From positions 576,001 to 640,000 of the forward strand of contig CAVRVY010000001.1 in assembly GCA_963724765.1 (NCBI GenBank): a stretch of 64,000 nucleotides of DNA. The letters are read 5' to 3'. Below, in pieces: positions 11,044-22,082 of the stretch. How positions within the stretch are numbered: the stretch's first letter is position 1; each line of letters starts with the position of its first letter. Source of the DNA: an uncultured delta proteobacterium (GTDB lineage: Bacteria; Desulfobacterota; Binatia; Binatales; Binataceae). Under the pieces are notes generated by a model. It was not told where the DNA came from. It saw nothing but the letters and a program-made list of their open reading frames with translations, and made no database searches. The position numbers and the translations under genes are program-made.

Positions 11044-11385
11044 ATGAAACTCAGAAGAAAGCTGATTATGAGTTTGTTAGGTGGCGCGATGCTGGCACTG
11101 CCAATGACCGCGCCCGCATTTGCGGAACCTTCTTACAGCGCAAATTCAAATAGCATCCAGCCGGTCGATTGGTGGTGGGATAATTATAAAAACGACCGCG
11201 ACGGTTACGCTAATCATGGTTGGCATAGCGGGTTTTACGAATACGGCGGAAAGCGGTATTCCTGCGACCGCGCACGCCAGCTCCAGAACCAAGTGTGGCG
11301 AGATCGGACAACGGGGCATCCCGCTGCAGCTAGCTACGTAGAGAAGGAAGCTGCCGCCGCCCGAGCCCGCTGCTACAGCCGCTAA
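11044..11385 (+). CDS. Small secreted hypothetical protein
   Basis: GGAGG RBS; signal peptide ending APAFA; two Cys; aromatic-rich. Confidence 0.8.
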   Translation: MKLRRKLIMSLLGGAMLALPMTAPAFAEPSYSANSNSIQPVDWWWDNYKNDRDGYANHGWHSGFYEYGGKRYSCDRARQLQNQVWRDRTTGHPAAASYVEKEAAAARARCYSR

Positions 11386-11643
11386 CAATAGCCTTCTCGT
11401 CCGATGGTTGAGGGCCTCGCTTCGACCACGAAGCCCTCGAGCCGCCACGTTCGCCAAATCGAACTGCGCGACCTCTGATGGAGGCCCGCGGCAATCATGC
11501 AGAGGCGGGCTTCTAGACTGCTGGGAACCCTTCGCTCAGACCGCACCTCACCGCAGGTGTGGACTTGTGACGGCTTCCGCGTCGCGCTCCAATGAGTGCG
11601 AGGCTTGAGCGAATTCCTATGAAACCTTCAAAGCGGGCGACGT

Positions 11644-11967
11644 TCAGGCGAACTCGATCGGCCTAAAGATCAGGGGGATAGTTTGTCGTATTCCGCCGCC
11701 GCAACGTTTCATCAGTATCTCTGTCGAATTCATGTCCTCCGTCAAGTAGAGGACGCAGCCATCGACGGATTCGACCGCCAGCTCGACACTCGGGCTGATA
11801 GACTGCTGTACGCGATAGGTCATGCCTCCTTCCGACGCCGTGGCTTCAAGTTCCACGCGGAGCGGACTTCGTTCCTCTAATAGGAATCGCATTAAGCGGG
11901 TTTCTAAGCCATCTTCATCGCTCTGCCGGCGGCAGCAGATTTCCCGCGCTGCTTCAACCACTCTCAT
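11644..11967 (-). CDS. Hypothetical protein
   Basis: 107-aa ORF with ATG and upstream AGGAGG. Confidence 0.5.
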   Translation of the reverse strand: MRVVEAAREICCRRQSDEDGLETRLMRFLLEERSPLRVELEATASEGGMTYRVQQSISPSVELAVESVDGCVLYLTEDMNSTEILMKRCGGGIRQTIPLIFRPIEFA

Positions 11968-12252
11968 ATTTCTGATCTTCCACCTCCTGAATCCCTTCGA
12001 TTAACCGACTTCCGGGTCAACGGTTGTCGGCACGTGAAGAAGAGGGCGCTCTATACACCCGAGCGCCACCGCAAAAATTCACAGAGCTTGCGGAAAGTCC
12101 TTTAACTCTAGGGGAATTATCCGCACGACCCGTGGTTACGCCGGGCGCCGACCCTAGTTCGCGGGCAGCAGTCGTCGTAGCCAATTAGAATTCAGCACGA
12201 CCAAGCTTCAGCGGCGGCGTGATCGCGAATCGCGCGCACGTGCGGGATCTAG

Positions 12253-12445
12253 ATGGGGACCACGGAAATTGTCCTCGGATAAGTTTGTGAAATTTCGGAC
12301 GAGAACCGCAAATTCGCGCTGTTCTCTGGTCCCACACTAACCCCAAAACCCCGCGTGTATGCGTATTTTTTCGAACGATTCTCCAGAAGTCTCGACTCTG
12401 AGGGACTGGAGTGTGGAGGGAGGAAGATTTGAACTCTCACTACCC
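12253..12445 (+). repeat. ~190-bp structured element, copy A (island end / tRNA-like att scar)
   Basis: GGGACCA…TGGTCCC inverted repeat, second hairpin, CGATTCTCC, then GTGGAGGGAGGAAGATTTGAACT. Confidence 0.6.
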
Positions 12446-12539
12446 TCCAGCAACGGCTGAGAGACCAGTGTCCTTATACCACGCACGCAGATCGAATTCT
12501 GACTCGGCAGAACTCCTTCGATCGTAGTTATCGGCGCGC

Positions 12540-12890
12540 GAGAGCCCGTTGGCGATAGAAAAACTCGTCGTTGTCCATGAAAAGGTCGGACTACAGCACA
12601 TGCATCTGGTTGAATTCCCAGAACAGGTCGGCGGCGGCCTCCGAAGTTGGGCCGAGGGGATCGCCGGAATGCGATCGCTCCCACACTTGAAAGGCCTTGT
12701 GTGCTCCGCCGGTGTCGAGGTTGTATATGTCGCTGTATCCCACATCCATGAGCGACGCGGGCGACAGCGGGCCGGATGGAAGCGACGCTCTGGGCGCTGA
12801 GGCTCGCGCCGGCTGCGCGTCGATGGTGGATGCGAAGATGCTGGGTTGCGCGAGAGTGAGTATCGCGGCCAACAGCCACCAGCGCTTCAC
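12540..12890 (-). pseudogene. Fragment of a secreted helical (TPR-like) hypothetical protein
   Basis: Signal peptide, then GYSDIYNLD..GAHKAFQVWERSHSGDPLGPTSEAAA.LFWEF; premature stop at 12591. Confidence 0.45.
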
Positions 12891-12934
12891 GCCTTTAGAG
12901 ACTCCCAAATGAGTGCCGATGTGGACCATCTCGC

Positions 12935-13342
12935 ACCGCGCGAAAAGTTCCGCGCGCGAGCTAAGCCGAGCACTCTGATGCGACGTGCTCGCGGCAAGCT
13001 GGCTCTGCCGCGGCCGGGTTGGCCAGTACGCGTCGGCCTCCGCAGGCGTGACTTCCTCCACGCGTCCCTCGACGCGGACCTGCCTGCCCTTCGGCTGCCA
13101 GTACAGTGCGAGCGACGCGCGCGGATTGCCGCGCAACTCGCGCCCCTTGCGGCTTCGGGCGTCGGGTGAAAAACACGAAGCCGCGCTCGTCGATTCCCTG
13201 AGCAGAACGAACCGGACGGATGTCCTTCCGCCGCGCGCCGCCGTCGCAAGTGCCATCGCCTCATAGTTCGGAATTCTCATGTGCCGCGCGTTCTCGAGCC
13301 AGCGGATGAATTTCGCAATCGGGTGGTGGCCGTGCCGCGTCA
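12935..13342 (-). pseudogene. pdxH: Pyridoxamine 5'-phosphate oxidase, 3'-truncated
   Basis: AMALATA…SVRFVLL…SRKGRELRGNPRASLALYW…RQVRVEGRVE…YWPTRPRQSQL; C-terminal third missing. Confidence 0.8.
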
Positions 13343-13792
13343 TGGCCGCAATCATGCCATGTCAGCAAGCTCGACAGCGATCAATCGATAGCAAGAATTT
13401 TAATCAGCCCCCGTGCGAATGAAGACGAACCGCAATGGTTCCATGCGCGATACTCTTTCAGGGCGCGCCACGGCAAGCAATTCTACAATTCGTACTTATA
13501 TTCAACTTAGGCGTTGGCATCCGTTCGGAAGGCGGTGCCGAGTTGGTTTTTGTGTGACCTATGCGGACGCGGGTCGCTGAGGACGACGCCGAGGCTGGGC
13601 AATCGGTCGAGTCGGCCAGTGCCGGACAAACTTCCCACCGACCGAAGAGCACGCACCCCCCCCCGACCGGATTCAGCCGAGCCATAAGCCCTATCTTGGC
13701 AACGAGGGTCCGAGACGTGCCTCCGCGAGTAACAAGTGGGCGTTGTTTGAAGACTGACAAGACCCATACTTGGCGATTACAGGTTCAGTGCC

Positions 13793-14041
13793 ATGAGTAG
13801 CGTTGAACTCTCGGTGCTTCGCCGAGATCCGCAGCCGCTGTTTGGTTTTTCCCAAAGAATCGAGTGCAGATTATGCCGAAGTCGGCCTGAGCGGACCGTC
13901 ATCTTACGACCGAAACGTCCTAAGCTCCATCGGGGTGAAATAGAGAGGTCGTCATTGGACGGTTGGCTCAAGCACGACCTCGTATTCTTCGGAGAAAGCT
14001 ATCTGTGTGAAGACTGCGCTAAGGCCGGAGGTTTTATCTAG
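13793..14041 (+). CDS. Small protein with two CxxC motifs
   Basis: CRLC and CEDC in an 82-aa ATG ORF. Confidence 0.5.
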   Translation: MSSVELSVLRRDPQPLFGFSQRIECRLCRSRPERTVILRPKRPKLHRGEIERSSLDGWLKHDLVFFGESYLCEDCAKAGGFI

Positions 14042-14142
14042 CGACACCAGACGGAAACGAAGCATCAGAGCGAGCGGTCTCCAACAGCGCTTTCGCGGTG
14101 TTTTGTGGCACTTGCAGCGCCAAATCGAAAGAGGAGCGAGCG

Positions 14143-14689
14143 ATGAGAGCCAGAACTGAACCCGCTACAAGTGGGAAGGACCTGATTCGGAGCCTTAACC
14201 GGTGCGGCACGCGCTCCAACCAGAAGCCGCCGGTCGCCGCTCAAAATACCGGAGCCATTCGACCCGACCGTGTGTCAGCGATGCGGCGCAGTGTATTCGC
14301 AAGAGACCTGGCGTCGGAATCACCCTCTTACAGGCAGGCTGCTTGACCGTGCGCAATGGGGAACTTGTCCAGGATGCACGCAGGCCGTGGGCGGCGAGTA
14401 TCACGGCCGGGTGATTGCGCGAGGCGCAACAGTGGCCGCCAAGCTCGACGCCATCCGCAGAAGAATCCACAACGTCGCTCAGCGGGCGGGTTTCACGCAG
14501 CCAGAGCGGCAGATCGTTTCCATCGAATGGGATGGCACCACATTGGAGATTCTGACGACCTCGCAAAAGCTTGCGCATCGAATCGCGCACGAACTCGCAA
14601 AGGCGTTTGGCGGGCGCGCGAAGTACCAGTGGGCCGACGGCGAGGCGGGATTGCTCGCGACCTGGCAGTCCGAGGCTAGGGCCAAATGA
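14143..14689 (+). CDS. BCAM0308/NMD3-like Zn-finger protein, frameshift near 14245
   Basis: PTVCQRCGAVY…CPGC…ITTSQKLAHRI-type motif and AFGG..Y.W. GAGGAG RBS before ATG 14143, which is out of frame with the body. Confidence 0.75.
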
Positions 14690-14841
14690 TGGCTCCCGAC
14701 TCTGATTCAGTGGCCCCGCTCCGATGATGGGCTGATCGTAAGCCGCGAAATCTATCGATTCAAAGAGCTAGTTGAATTTAAAATCGACCGACAATCACAA
14801 TGTTCGAGTCAGAACCTCGTGATCAGAAGGAGACAATTGAG

Positions 14842-15189
14842 ATGAGCGACCACAAAACGCATGATCAGCACTCCCATGCGCATGGTTCAGGCTGCGGACA
14901 CACCGCCGTCAAACACGAAGGTCACGTCGACTATTTGCATGACGGGCATCTTCACAGTGCTCACCAAGGGCATGTGGATGAACATGTCCTGACGGAGGGT
15001 GGCTCGAATCCGTCCACTTGTACCCCGACTCATGCGTGTGGTGCGCACGACGGTAAGCACGCTCATGGGGCTGGTTGCGGACATGAAGCGATTCCGCACG
15101 GCAGCCACACCGACCATCTCGTCAAAGGCCACCTGCATCATACGCACCAAGGGCACTGCGATGACCACGGCGCCGTCTCGATGGCTTGA
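14842..15189 (+). CDS. His-rich metal-binding protein (two HxHGxGCGH repeats)
   Basis: HAHGSGCGHTAVKHEGHVDYLHDGHLH… repeated; AGGAG RBS. Confidence 0.85.
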   Translation: MSDHKTHDQHSHAHGSGCGHTAVKHEGHVDYLHDGHLHSAHQGHVDEHVLTEGGSNPSTCTPTHACGAHDGKHAHGAGCGHEAIPHGSHTDHLVKGHLHHTHQGHCDDHGAVSMA

Positions 15190-15214
15190 TGAAGAGATAT
15201 TGAGGGTCGGTTGC

Positions 15215-15405
15215 TGACCGGCGCCGGCAGCACGCCAGCAACTGCGCGTTGAGCTCTGCGAAGCCGGCCGCGTGCGGGATCGGCACCATGAAGTTACGCC
15301 GCGCGTAGCCGACCAACCCTTCGACCTTCCCCTTGTCGTTGCCCTTGCCCGGTCGTCCGAAGTGGTCGGCGAATAGATAGTGGGACTGCAGCTCGCTGAA
15401 GATCC
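15215..15405 (-). mobile_element. istA: IS21 istA internal fragment
   Basis: FSELQSHYLFADHFGRPGKGNDKGKVEGLVGYARRNFMVPIP, closely similar to 7230-7410. Confidence 0.9.
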
Positions 15406-15936
15406 CAGAGCCCGTCGACCTGTGTGTGGGGCGAATTACTGATTTTCGACACAAATCAGCAATTCGCCACACACTGGTGCATACGCCCGACGCCGCGGAC
15501 GACTAAGCTCTACGATCACAGGATGAAATTTCGCTCGACGACGTCGAGCGGATCAGAATCTAAGGTGTAACTTTTGGGTTCTGACCGATAACAGAGCCAG
15601 AAGAACAGCGCGCAAAGCGGGCCGGGGCGGCGTGGGCTGGTGCGTTTACGCCAAGGCCGCCTCGGCTCCCAGGAGCGTTACATAGAGCCGCTCTTCCGCC
15701 GCCTTGTAGAGTGCTATCCTCTGAAAAATGCGCGGCTCGTCGATATTACGCTCATAGGCGAGATCGAACAGACGTTCGCGGACCCAGGCGATATGCCACT
15801 GCTCGTCGGCAGACACGGCGCTAAACACCTCCGCGCGTCGCGGTGTCTATCGCCGGATGCTCCGCCTGCGTGATATAGCGGTCCAGCGCATACAGAACGA
15901 GTTGGAATCGGAGAGTCAAAACGGAAATCCCGGTTT

Positions 15937-17414
15937 ATGAACAAGGAGCTTTTGACTGTTGCCATTATCGTGGTCACCGGCTTCTTTGGCTGGGGCCGGA
16001 CCGCTCTCGCTGCCGGCGCCGAGCCAACCACCGACGCAACTTCGGCGGCAGGGCCGGGCGCGGCCGCAATCGGGGCGACCCAACCGACATTAGGCGCCAT
16101 AGAGAAGGAGGAAAATGAGCCAGAGCAGATTTGGAACTGGCACGTTCAGAACACCGAGGTGGTGCAGGGCGACCCGGGTTTTCCGGCCAAGTACTCTGGC
16201 CCACAGAGCCTGAACAGCAGGGGCGAGGCTCAGGAAACAGCTTCGCTGGACTTGTTTGCCGGCGTGCGGTTATGGCGCGGAGCCGAGGCGCACGTGGACG
16301 GACTGATGTGGCAGGGCTTCGGCCTGAGCAAAACGTTTGGCGTCGAGGCATTTCCCAGCGCTGACGCCTACAAAACCGGCACCACCTATCCCTTCGTTAT
16401 GTTTGCGCGCTTGTTTGTTCGTCAAACCATCGGCTTGGGCGGCGAACAGGAGGCCGTGCGTGACGACCAGCTCACGCTTGCGGGCGAACAGGACATTTCG
16501 CGGCTGACCTTCACCGTCGGCCGGTTCACCCCCTGGACATTTTCGACAACAACACCTATGCGCAAGACCCGCAAACCCAGTTTTTGAATTGGGCGATGAC
16601 GGGCAACCTCGCATGGGATTACGCGGCGGATACCGTCGGATACACCACCGGATCTGCCGTCGAATTAAATCAGCCGAAATGGGCTTTGCGCTACGGATTT
16701 TTCCAAATGGCGAGTAAGCAGAACGCGTTGACAGGTGACGACCAGTTTCTCTTGTGGCGCCCCATCGGAGGCACTGGCTCAGCTGGCGCCTATGGCCCGT
16801 TTTTGCACGATTGGGGAATGGTGGTGGAATTTGAGCGCCGTTACAGCGTCAACGCTCATCCGGGAGCGATTCGATTTTTGCCCTTTCTCGACGAAGCCAA
16901 TATGGCCAGTAACCATGCGGCGATTTCCATTCTAAAGGCTGAAGGTGCGGGAGCCGACATCTCAGCGGCGCAAGCCTACCGCTACAAATACGGTTTTGGG
17001 TTGAACTGGGAACAGGAAGTGGCCAAGAACGTCGGCCTGTTTTCGCGCCTGGGCTGGAACGACGGCCATGAACAAGCGTGGGCGTACACCGATGTTAATT
17101 GGACGGCGTCACTGGGCGTGAGCGTCAAAGGTGAGGCGTGGCAGCGGCGCGACGACACCTTCGGCCTTGCCGGCATCGTGAGCGGCGCTTCGAGCTCGAA
17201 CCAAAAATTCCTGGAGGCAGGCGGCTTGGGCATACTCGCCGGCGACGGCGCGCTGACTTACGGCAGCGAGAAAGTTCTGGAAACCTATTATGATTTCCCA
17301 ATCTGGGAAACTGTCCGCGCGGCCGTGGATTACCAGTTCATCAGCAACCCGGCATTCAATCGTGATCGCGGGCCGGTGTCCGTATTCGGCGGAAGACTCC
17401 ACTGGGAATTGTAA
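15937..17414 (+). CDS. OprB-family carbohydrate / high-affinity Mn2+ (MnoP-like) porin, single frameshift ~16530
   Basis: Signal peptide, YSGPQSL, ARLFVRQTIGLGG, DIFDNNTYAQDP..QFLNWA, NPAFNRDRGPV…RLHWEL; split over two ORFs. Confidence 0.85.
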
Positions 17415-17682
17415 TGAGTGAATCTGCCCTTAGAGGAAATCCTGGATAAATTATTAAACGGAAGAAATGCCCGAGCCTCAGGCACTCAGGCATTTCCGGT
17501 TGAAATGATCTTTAAGCTGCTCGCGATTTCAGTGCGACCACCTTCGGCTGCTTATGCTCGATGATCTCGCGCAGTCTGAGGTCCCATCTGATGAGTGCAT
17601 GTCGTTTATCCGCATCAGATCTGAAATCGCAATAAAATCAAAATATTTATCAATCCTGTATCTGCTGTGGTCCACTTTGACG

Positions 17683-19468
17683 TTACTCCTTAGCCATGCG
17701 GACACGACCTCTCTCGATGAGTTTCTCTACGTACCGCTCCTCTGCTTCTGCAGAATCAGAAACTGCATTATTAAGTCCTGCATTTTATAGTGACAGTTTT
17801 GCTTGATGCCAGAAGGATCTCACCAAGCGTGGGCGCCGACGCATGCGGCGCAGCGCGCGGCGGGCCTGATGGCTGAGCTGGGTGAAATCGCGGGGACAGA
17901 AGTTGGGCAGTTCGTGGTGTTTCCAGTAACCCCAGATGTACTCCACCGGGTTGAGTTCCGGCGCGTAACCCGGCAGCCACTCGAGCGCCAGCCGGCCACG
18001 CTGCGCGCGGATAAATTCGGTTACCAAGCGCGCCCGATGCGCCGGCAGTCCGTCCCACACCACCAACAGCTTCCCCGGCAGATGACGCAACAGGTGGCCG
18101 AGGAAGTCCACCACCTGAGGGGCGCGGATGGTTGTGGGATAGAGCCGGAAGTAAAAGTTCCACCAGGTGATGCCGGCTGTGGCCGACAGCACCTTCCAGT
18201 TGAAGTGATACTGCAGCACCGGAGTCTGCCCGCGCGGCGCCCAGGTCCGCACCCGATGCGGCCGTTCGCTCAGTCCGCTTTCGTCGATGAACACGATGGT
18301 GCGCCGCTCGCAGAGCGCTTTTTTTTAATCTGCGGCCAGCGGTACTTCTTCCACTGCCGGATTGCCTGCTCGTCGCGCTCGAGCGCTTTTCCAGTGGGAC
18401 GCTGGCAGGTCCAGTTAAGCTTGCGCAGGATGCGCCAGACGTGGTCCTCGTGGTATCGCACCCCGGTCCGGTACTCGATGAGATCGCGCACCCGACTCGC
18501 GGTCCACAGTCCGCTGGCAAATCCGAACGCCTCGGGTCCGCGCTTGAGTGCGCGCTCGAGGTCGCGCAACTGGGCCGGGATGAGCTTCGCTGGACGCCCG
18601 GTGCGTCCGGCCTTGCGCAGGCCGCGCACTCCCGATGCTCCAAGTTCCCGCGCCCAGCGGCTAACCGACTGGCGGTGTACGCCCAACTCTCGCGCGACCT
18701 CGGACTGGCTAAGCCCTTGTCGCAGTAATCGCGCCGCCTCCATCCGCCGCTCTTCCAACGCAGCGAAATCCCGCCGCACACCCGCTGGATTACCCATGCG
18801 CCACATATTAGCACCGACCAGAGCATTTGTCACTATATTATACAGAACTTAATAGGATCCTGTTCGTCCGTTCTGGCGCCCTTGGCCTTGAAAAATGATG
18901 GAGTCGTCTGCTTCTTTGGCGCGCGTTTTGACCCTGTAGATATATCCATTAACCATGTCGATTCTTCGCTTATCAGGTTCTGTTTGGCTCGGTCACGTTC
19001 ACGCGCATATCGAGCCTTCTTGTTCTCGACATAATGTTCCATGTCGAGCTTGATTGTGAGCATCTCCTTCTCGTAATCGTCCAACGTTACCGCAACGTAG
19101 TAGCCTGGCTCCAGAGCGCGTTCACGCCGGTGCTCCTCCCAATCTTTGCTCCCGAAGTGCTCGAAATCCACTGGCCACTCCTCTGCATCCCATTTCACCA
19201 TTCCAGTCTCAAACCTTAAACGAGGTGTAAGATGCTGTTGAAGCGCGATTCGCTCGTGTCGTTCACTTGCCCACACGCGATAAACGGTCAAAGAAAAGAA
19301 TGACAGCGCCATAGCTCCAAATATTTGACGACTGTAATGCCACTCGGATGGTAGAACAGTTGCGAGAATAGTGAAGGGAACAGTAAAAGCACCGCTCATT
19401 AGCGTCGTCCAATCGCTCCAGATAACAAGAAGAAATGGTATAAGATTAGGCGCTGGACTTTGTTCCAT
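17683..19468 (-). pseudogene. Membrane hypothetical protein interrupted by IS630
   Basis: N-terminal TM helices. Removing the IS plus one TA restores the frame …EQDP-NAVSDSAEAEERYVEKLIERGRVRMAKE*. Confidence 0.7.
17771..18852 (-). mobile_element. IS630 family IS with A8G -1 frameshift site
   Basis: IRs TTAAGTCCTGCATTTTATAGTGACA / TTAAGTTCTGTATAATATAGTGACA, TA on both flanks. HTH ORF 18270..18806 and DDE ORF (FIDESG, VWDG, LNPVE) 17785..18294; slippery AAAAAAAAG at ~18318-18326. Confidence 0.93.
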
Positions 19469-19530
19469 GGCCGAAAATAGGGCGATGTAACCATCGGAGT
19501 CAATGTTCCTTGGGACAATTTTCGCCCGAA

Positions 19531-19818
19531 TCAGCGCGACCTGATGATGACCGCGTGAAGCTCCATCGCGCTCAGCGCCTCGCGCTCAAGCAGCGCGGCA
19601 GCGACGGCCTCGACCGCGCGCCAGTGCTCGGCGACCAGACGGTCGGTTTCGATTAGCAAACGCTCCAGCCGCGAGGCGTCGACCAGCGCCAGCGCCTCGC
19701 GAAAATCGTCGGCGGTGTTCGCGGGCGTAGCGAGCAACGGTGCGAAGCGCCGATCTGCCGCGTAGCCCGCGAGATAAAAACTCGCACGCTCATCGATGCA
19801 GGGCCACGCGGGGGGCAT
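19531..19818 (-). pseudogene. Peptidase M41 (FtsH C-terminal)-like fragment
   Basis: LAGYAADRRF…ADDF..A…LVAEHWRAVEAVAAALLEREALS; HExxH region absent. Confidence 0.5.
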
Positions 19819-19877
19819 GCCTTTGTCCTTCAGCCAATCGTCATGAGGCGACCAACCTAGCGCCTTCGATCCGTAAA

Positions 19878-19918
19878 CGTCCCGACGGGATTTGAACCCG
19901 TCTTACCGACGTGAAAGG
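19878..19918 (-). other. 3' half of tRNA-Glu(TTC); integrase att scar
   Basis: Minus strand reads CCTTTCACGTCGGTAAGACGGGTTCAAATCCCGTCGGGACG (anticodon loop, T-arm); no D-arm or 5' half. Confidence 0.75.
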
Positions 19919-20048
19919 CCGAAACGGGGGCTCCGAATAACGCCATAATCGTAGCCGTTCTAGAGTTTCAAACCCCAACTGGCGCGGGGATTTCTCGCGC
20001 ATCGAGTGCTACTGAGCGCATAGGGTGATACCGCCGTTTGGCGCTCTT

Positions 20049-20095
20049 TTGGCACACGCAGTTGGCACTGATTTGTTGGCACTGATTTGGCACTT
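20049..20095. repeat. Four TTGGCAC direct repeats (arm-site-like)
   Basis: ttggcacacgcagttggcactgatttgttggcactgatttggcact, ~130 bp from the tRNA-Glu fragment. Confidence 0.55.
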
Positions 20096-20107
20096 AAAGT
20101 AGAAGAT

Positions 20108-20192
20108 GATTGGCGCTGCCGACGCAAGTCGACACTTGGTTGCTGACCAGCTTGCTGCAGCGGTTGGTGAAGACCGGCACGGCTCATCCAAC
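20108..20192 (+). mobile_element. IS1380 transposase micro-fragment
   Basis: LALPTQVDTWLLTSLLQRLVKTG matches the IS1380 remnants at 33.6 and 48.5 kb. Confidence 0.65.
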
Positions 20193-20439
20193 ATGCGCGT
20201 TAAAGTTTAATTTTCGCACACCCTTTACAACCTTGGTTGCGAGTCGCACTATAAAGCTGCCCCTTCGCTTGGGGTCGAGCAGCGACCGCTTCGCTTGCCG
20301 GCTATAAGCTTTGTACGCGGTCTTCAACACCATATCGCCGTTAAGCAGCAATTGTGCACGGGAGCGGTATTACCGACCCCCGCAGCGCCAATTGCGCCGG
20401 GGAGGACTTCTAATAGTCCCGGACCCTGGTGGATTGCGC

Positions 20440-20765
20440 AGACCGACGTCGTTGCGCGAATCGTGAACGGCTACGACCCGCGGATAGTCACCTTACCGCC
20501 GTTGCAGGCAGCTCATCAGGCCGGAACCGCTGTAACTCAGCTGAGCCAGCTATCTTACATAATCCCCTGGAATACCATGACCGTCCAAGATGCCATCGAT
20601 TTCGCGGTGGGCATGATCCAGAGCACGGCGATTGTTCAGAGATTCACCGCAGGCGTTGTAATGCAACCGGGCGGTTCAGCCGGGGTGGGAGGACCGATAG
20701 ATGTCACCGTAATACAACCCGGAACGATGGTCAGCTGGATTCGTCGGGAGGAATTTCACATCTAA
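20440..20765 (+). pseudogene. C-terminal part of a proteasome-subunit-like (Ntn-fold) hypothetical protein
   Basis: MTVQDAIDFAVGMIQST..VQRF…VGGPIDVTVI…W; N-terminus missing. Confidence 0.5.
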
Positions 20766-21046
20766 GGGTCTGTGGCGTCTTCTCTTTCACTCCCCGGTTC
20801 GAAAGTCGCGACTGGGTCGCCCTCTCGGGTAATGTTCGAACCGCATCCTCGGATCTCTCTCCGAGCTCATCCATCTTTGCGAAGAGGTCGGCAAATCCTT
20901 GTATTTGTCCCGCTAATTGGTTCAAAGCGCTCTCGAGAGCTTACGAGACTCGATAGTTTTTTTCCTCTGGGATTCAACCGCTATAGTAATACTCCGAATC
21001 CCGAAAGTTTACAGTACCGGGGATTCGTTGTAGCGTTTCCATATAA

Positions 21047-22082
21047 ATGCCAGACATTATTCGACTTCGATCGACCTCGCGTGCTTCCGCGCAGGGCGAC
21101 GACATCTTACTGCGAGAGACTGAAAAAACGCGACTCGTCTCAGGCCGCAAGTCGTGGACAACCCTTACGATGCCGCGGCATCGGTTAAGGGTGCCTTCAT
21201 ATTTCAGGCGAAGAAGCCCACTGGACTTTGGGTAGACTACAAGACGCTTGATCTGAGCAAGTTTCGAGACGGGGAATGGATCAAACTCGAGATCAAGTCC
21301 GCGGAGCTTAGAACGCTTTTCACCGAACTCGATCGATATTATGAACTCCACAAGCAGTATGGCATTAGGCCGGGAGAGCACGAGTATCTCGTTACGCCGA
21401 AGAATGCCGCCGGGGTCATAAAAAGTTTTCTTCAGAATCCCGAGAATTTCTCTAAACTCCAAGAGCTAACGGTCGACGACCTGAGAAAACTGAGCATCGC
21501 CGCTAACTTAAACAGCCTAAGAAGCGTCATCGAGACGTGGGAACATCAGCGAGAGAACGCGGATGAAGACTTCTGGCAGAGCTTTTTTAAAGAACATTCA
21601 TGGATAATCGCCCAGGTGTTTGCTTCCCCAGTCGTGCTGCTCAAAGACAATGCATACGTCGGAGGAAAGACCATCGAGAATCGGAATGGCAATCTCGCGG
21701 ATTTCCTTTTCAAGAATCGCTTCACAGAAAACGTTTGATCGTTGAAATAAAGACGCCGGTATCTCCGCTATTGAACTCAAAGGAGTATCGTCAGGGTACC
21801 TACCGTTTTAGTGATGACCTCGGCGGCGGAATCAGCCAGACCCTCAAATACAAACATGAGCTGCAGGCGAATTACCGAAGTCTTCAGGAAGGCACATAAT
21901 TCACCGCGTTCGATCCGAAATGCCTGATTCTCTCTGGCGACTATTCGAGAGAGATTCGAAACGACACCAGCAAACGCCGTTCGTTCAGTTTGCTCCGTAA
22001 CGACTCGCGCAACATCTCGATAGTTACGTATGATGAATTGCTGGGGAAAGTGAAGCTGTTGGTGCGGTTGTTAGAACAATAG
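21047..22082 (+). pseudogene. sduA: Shedu anti-phage nuclease (DUF4263), disrupted
   Basis: EDFWQSFFKEHSWI…YVGGK…ADFL…IVEIKTP…ISQTLKY…FDPKC…RRSF.L.RN…IVTYDEL. Frameshifts ~21140 and ~21735; in-frame stop 21897. Confidence 0.85.

Noticed and set aside
12591-13355. PdxH fused to a secreted domain (254-aa ORF)
   Set aside because: Chance in-frame junction of two truncated genes, with an internal signal peptide and premature stop.
17803-18852. Long antisense ORFs over IS transposases (also 37960-38796 and 39246-40139)
   Set aside because: Shadow ORFs of GC-rich coding sequence.
19878-19918. Functional tRNA-Glu gene
   Set aside because: Only the 3' half is present; no D-arm or 5' acceptor strand.
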